The notes below the pieces were generated by a model. It made no database searches. It had not been told where the DNA came from and saw nothing but the letters and a program-made list of their open reading frames with translations. From an uncultured Gammaproteobacteria bacterium (GTDB lineage: Bacteria > Patescibacteriota > Microgenomatia > Levybacterales > UBA12049): 64,000 nucleotides of DNA. The stretch is from positions 5,597 to 69,596 of the forward strand of contig CAZILC010000005.1 of the NCBI GenBank assembly GCA_964540055.1, written 5' to 3'. Made by a program: the position numbers and the translations under genes. Position 1 is the stretch's first letter. The number at the start of each line of letters is the position of its first letter. This document shows positions 62,452 through 64,000 of the stretch, piece by piece.

Positions 62452-63696
62452 ATGAAACGTTACTTTAAAAAGCATCGACTTACCTCCATCGGCATTCTGG
62501 TTCTGGCCATCTTAGTTATTCCCATCATGACGTATATAAGTAAACCTCATGATTCCCGAAGCAGAGCATCAGCAGCCTCAATTCTTTCATTTTCCCCGAC
62601 TTCATCTACATTCACACCAATTCAAAAAAAAGTTGGTGATCCGGTTGCTCTAGATGTCATGTTAAACCCTGGCACAAACGCGATTTCTATCCTCAAATTG
62701 GACGTTCAATATGATCCAAATTATTTTCTACCGGGATCCAATCCGATTGTAATTAATACTTCAGCATTTACCACTATAGTTGAAGGACCAGTAGTCAATG
62801 CGAATAATGGTGAAATCATTGTCACACTTTCCGTTGGCACAGATCCCACAAAAGCTATCAAAACATCCACAAAAATTGCGACCATTAACTTACTGGCAAA
62901 TGCAAAAACTAATGGCGGAACGGTATCGGTAACATTTGGTTCTCAATCACAAGCATTTTCTGTTGCACCAGGAGATCAAGCAACACAAAATGTCCTTGCA
63001 ACTGCAATGCCAGCTTATTTCAATATTGCAGCCTCCACAGGTGGCGGCGGCGGTGGAGGACCAACAACGAGCCCGAGTAACTCTCCTTCGGTTATTATAG
63101 ATAATCCAACTGATTTTCCGACTCAATCTGTGTCGCTCGCACCAGGCGATATTGCATTTAATTATTCAGTATTTTTACACGGCATAGGAAATAGTGGAGA
63201 CAGCACCAATCCCAACGGGAGTAGTTTTAGTAATAAAAATCCTAATACATACCAGAGAAATGTTGATATAACTGTGGTAAATAGTTCCGGCCAGGAGATC
63301 GTGAGTACGACAGGAACTATGTCATATGACTCGACGCATGGTGATTATACCGGTAGTGCAGATCTGGGGACAGGTCTTCCACCGGGCATTTATACAGTAA
63401 AATTGCAGTCGCAAAGTTATCTTCGCAAACTCGTTCCCGGAGTTATAACAGTAACTAGTTCTTCGACTTCATTTACTCTCCCTGCAGTTACCTTAACAGC
63501 AGGCGATATCAATGGAGACAATCAGCTAAATATCATCGACTACAACATCCTCTTGGGCTGCTACAGCGACATCCTAGCCGCCAGCTTCTGCCCCTCCCAA
63601 AACCAATCAGCCTCAGATCTGACAGACGACGGAGCAGTAAACCAATTCGACTACAACCTCTTCCTCAGAGAGATCCAAGTACAGGCTGGACAGTAA
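62452..63696 (+). CDS. secreted protein with cohesin-like N-terminal domain and C-terminal dockerin-like EF-hand repeats
   Basis: N-terminal anchor or signal, then a cohesin-like block (VGDPVALDVMLNPGTNAISILKLDVQYDPNYF...ATINLLA), a poly-Gly/Ser-Pro linker, and GDINGDNQLNIIDYNILL ... DLTDDGAVNQFDYNLFL (two dockerin-type Ca-binding segments). Confidence 0.72.
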   Translation: MKRYFKKHRLTSIGILVLAILVIPIMTYISKPHDSRSRASAASILSFSPTSSTFTPIQKKVGDPVALDVMLNPGTNAISILKLDVQYDPNYFLPGSNPIVINTSAFTTIVEGPVVNANNGEIIVTLSVGTDPTKAIKTSTKIATINLLANAKTNGGTVSVTFGSQSQAFSVAPGDQATQNVLATAMPAYFNIAASTGGGGGGGPTTSPSNSPSVIIDNPTDFPTQSVSLAPGDIAFNYSVFLHGIGNSGDSTNPNGSSFSNKNPNTYQRNVDITVVNSSGQEIVSTTGTMSYDSTHGDYTGSADLGTGLPPGIYTVKLQSQSYLRKLVPGVITVTSSSTSFTLPAVTLTAGDINGDNQLNIIDYNILLGCYSDILAASFCPSQNQSASDLTDDGAVNQFDYNLFLREIQVQAGQ

Positions 63697-63882
63697 AAAA
63701 TTAACACAGCAACTCCTACTCTTGTTGGTTTTGGGTTGTTACTCAATGGCATACTGACACTTTTCTTCCTTTCATTTCTTAGCTAGGGATTCCCCGACAT
63801 TTGATCTGTGATTGAGATCATATCGCTAGCTGTACCATTTCTCTATCATTATTTATAGAAATAAAGTATTCTTATAGAAGTT

Positions 63883-64000
63883 ATGAAAGCGTTTCAATTT
63901 TTTGGAAAAAATGACTTGCAGCTGGTTGAGCTTCCTGAGCCGGAAGTGGGGGATAACGATGTACTTCTTAAGATAAAAAAGATTGGGATTTGTGGGACTG
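63883..64000 (+). CDS. 5' end of a zinc-dependent alcohol dehydrogenase (MDR) family gene, truncated by the window edge
   Basis: MKAFQFFGKNDLQLVELPEPEVGDNDVLLKIKKIGICGT... (GroES-like N-terminal domain with the GICGTD zinc-ligand motif beginning). Confidence 0.7.
   Translation, partial: MKAFQFFGKNDLQLVELPEPEVGDNDVLLKIKKIGICGT

Noticed and set aside
1-64000. Scan for CRISPR arrays, IS elements or transposases, integrases, prophage genes, toxin-antitoxin pairs, reverse transcriptases and rRNA operons.
   Set aside because: None was seen. There are no regularly spaced direct repeats, no DDE, tyrosine or serine recombinase motifs, no RT (YxDD) motifs, and no rRNA-like conserved stretches.

Overview
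AT-rich bacterial chromosomal segment carrying about 69 protein-coding genes and 3 tRNAs. I saw no rRNA, CRISPR array, transposase, integrase or phage genes. The gene content suggests a monoderm, small-genome organism: two class F sortases, Rpf-like, YkuD and VanW cell-wall proteins, PT-linker and cohesin/dockerin exoproteins, and an RND pair with no outer-membrane factor. A Patescibacteria/CPR (Saccharibacteria-like) origin is compatible with this, but that is inference only.

Main blocks:
- 0.2-6.4 kb: small detox and housekeeping genes, plus a sortase / small sequon-rich protein / sortase cluster.
- 6.5-9.6 kb: a 1032-aa multidomain secreted glycoside hydrolase.
- 12.9-17.6 kb: histidine kinases, a GT4 and a VIT1 transporter.
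- 17.7-24.9 kb: a compact aerobic module (cyoABCD-cyoE, polyprenyl synthase, NDH-2).
- 30.6-33.6 kb: a sensor-fused trehalose-6-P synthase, an ORFan and a KGG stress peptide.
- 34.9-39.7 kb: an MFP + RND efflux pair.
- 46.4-49.5 kb: an SF2 helicase with four C-terminal tandem repeats, abutting tRNA-Gly.
- 49.9-55.8 kb: an MshA-like GT4, a histidine phosphatase and a CysRS paralogue with MshC-type architecture.
- 56.8-59.3 kb: a cell-wall cluster.

Most noteworthy observations:
1. A mycothiol-type gene pair (MshA-like and MshC-like) sits in a genome that does not look actinobacterial.
2. Seven Arg-rich, visibly G+C-richer ORFans with no recognisable domains are interleaved with the AT-rich housekeeping genes.
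3. A pervasive leaderless gene architecture, (TGn)TATAAT-N6-10-ATG, is seen at 20 or more genes and was used here to refine start codons.
4. The VanW-like and Rpf-like promoters share a 12-mer and a 9-mer motif, and a structured leader precedes the L,D-transpeptidase gene.

All functional calls come from motif reading by eye. No database search was possible.
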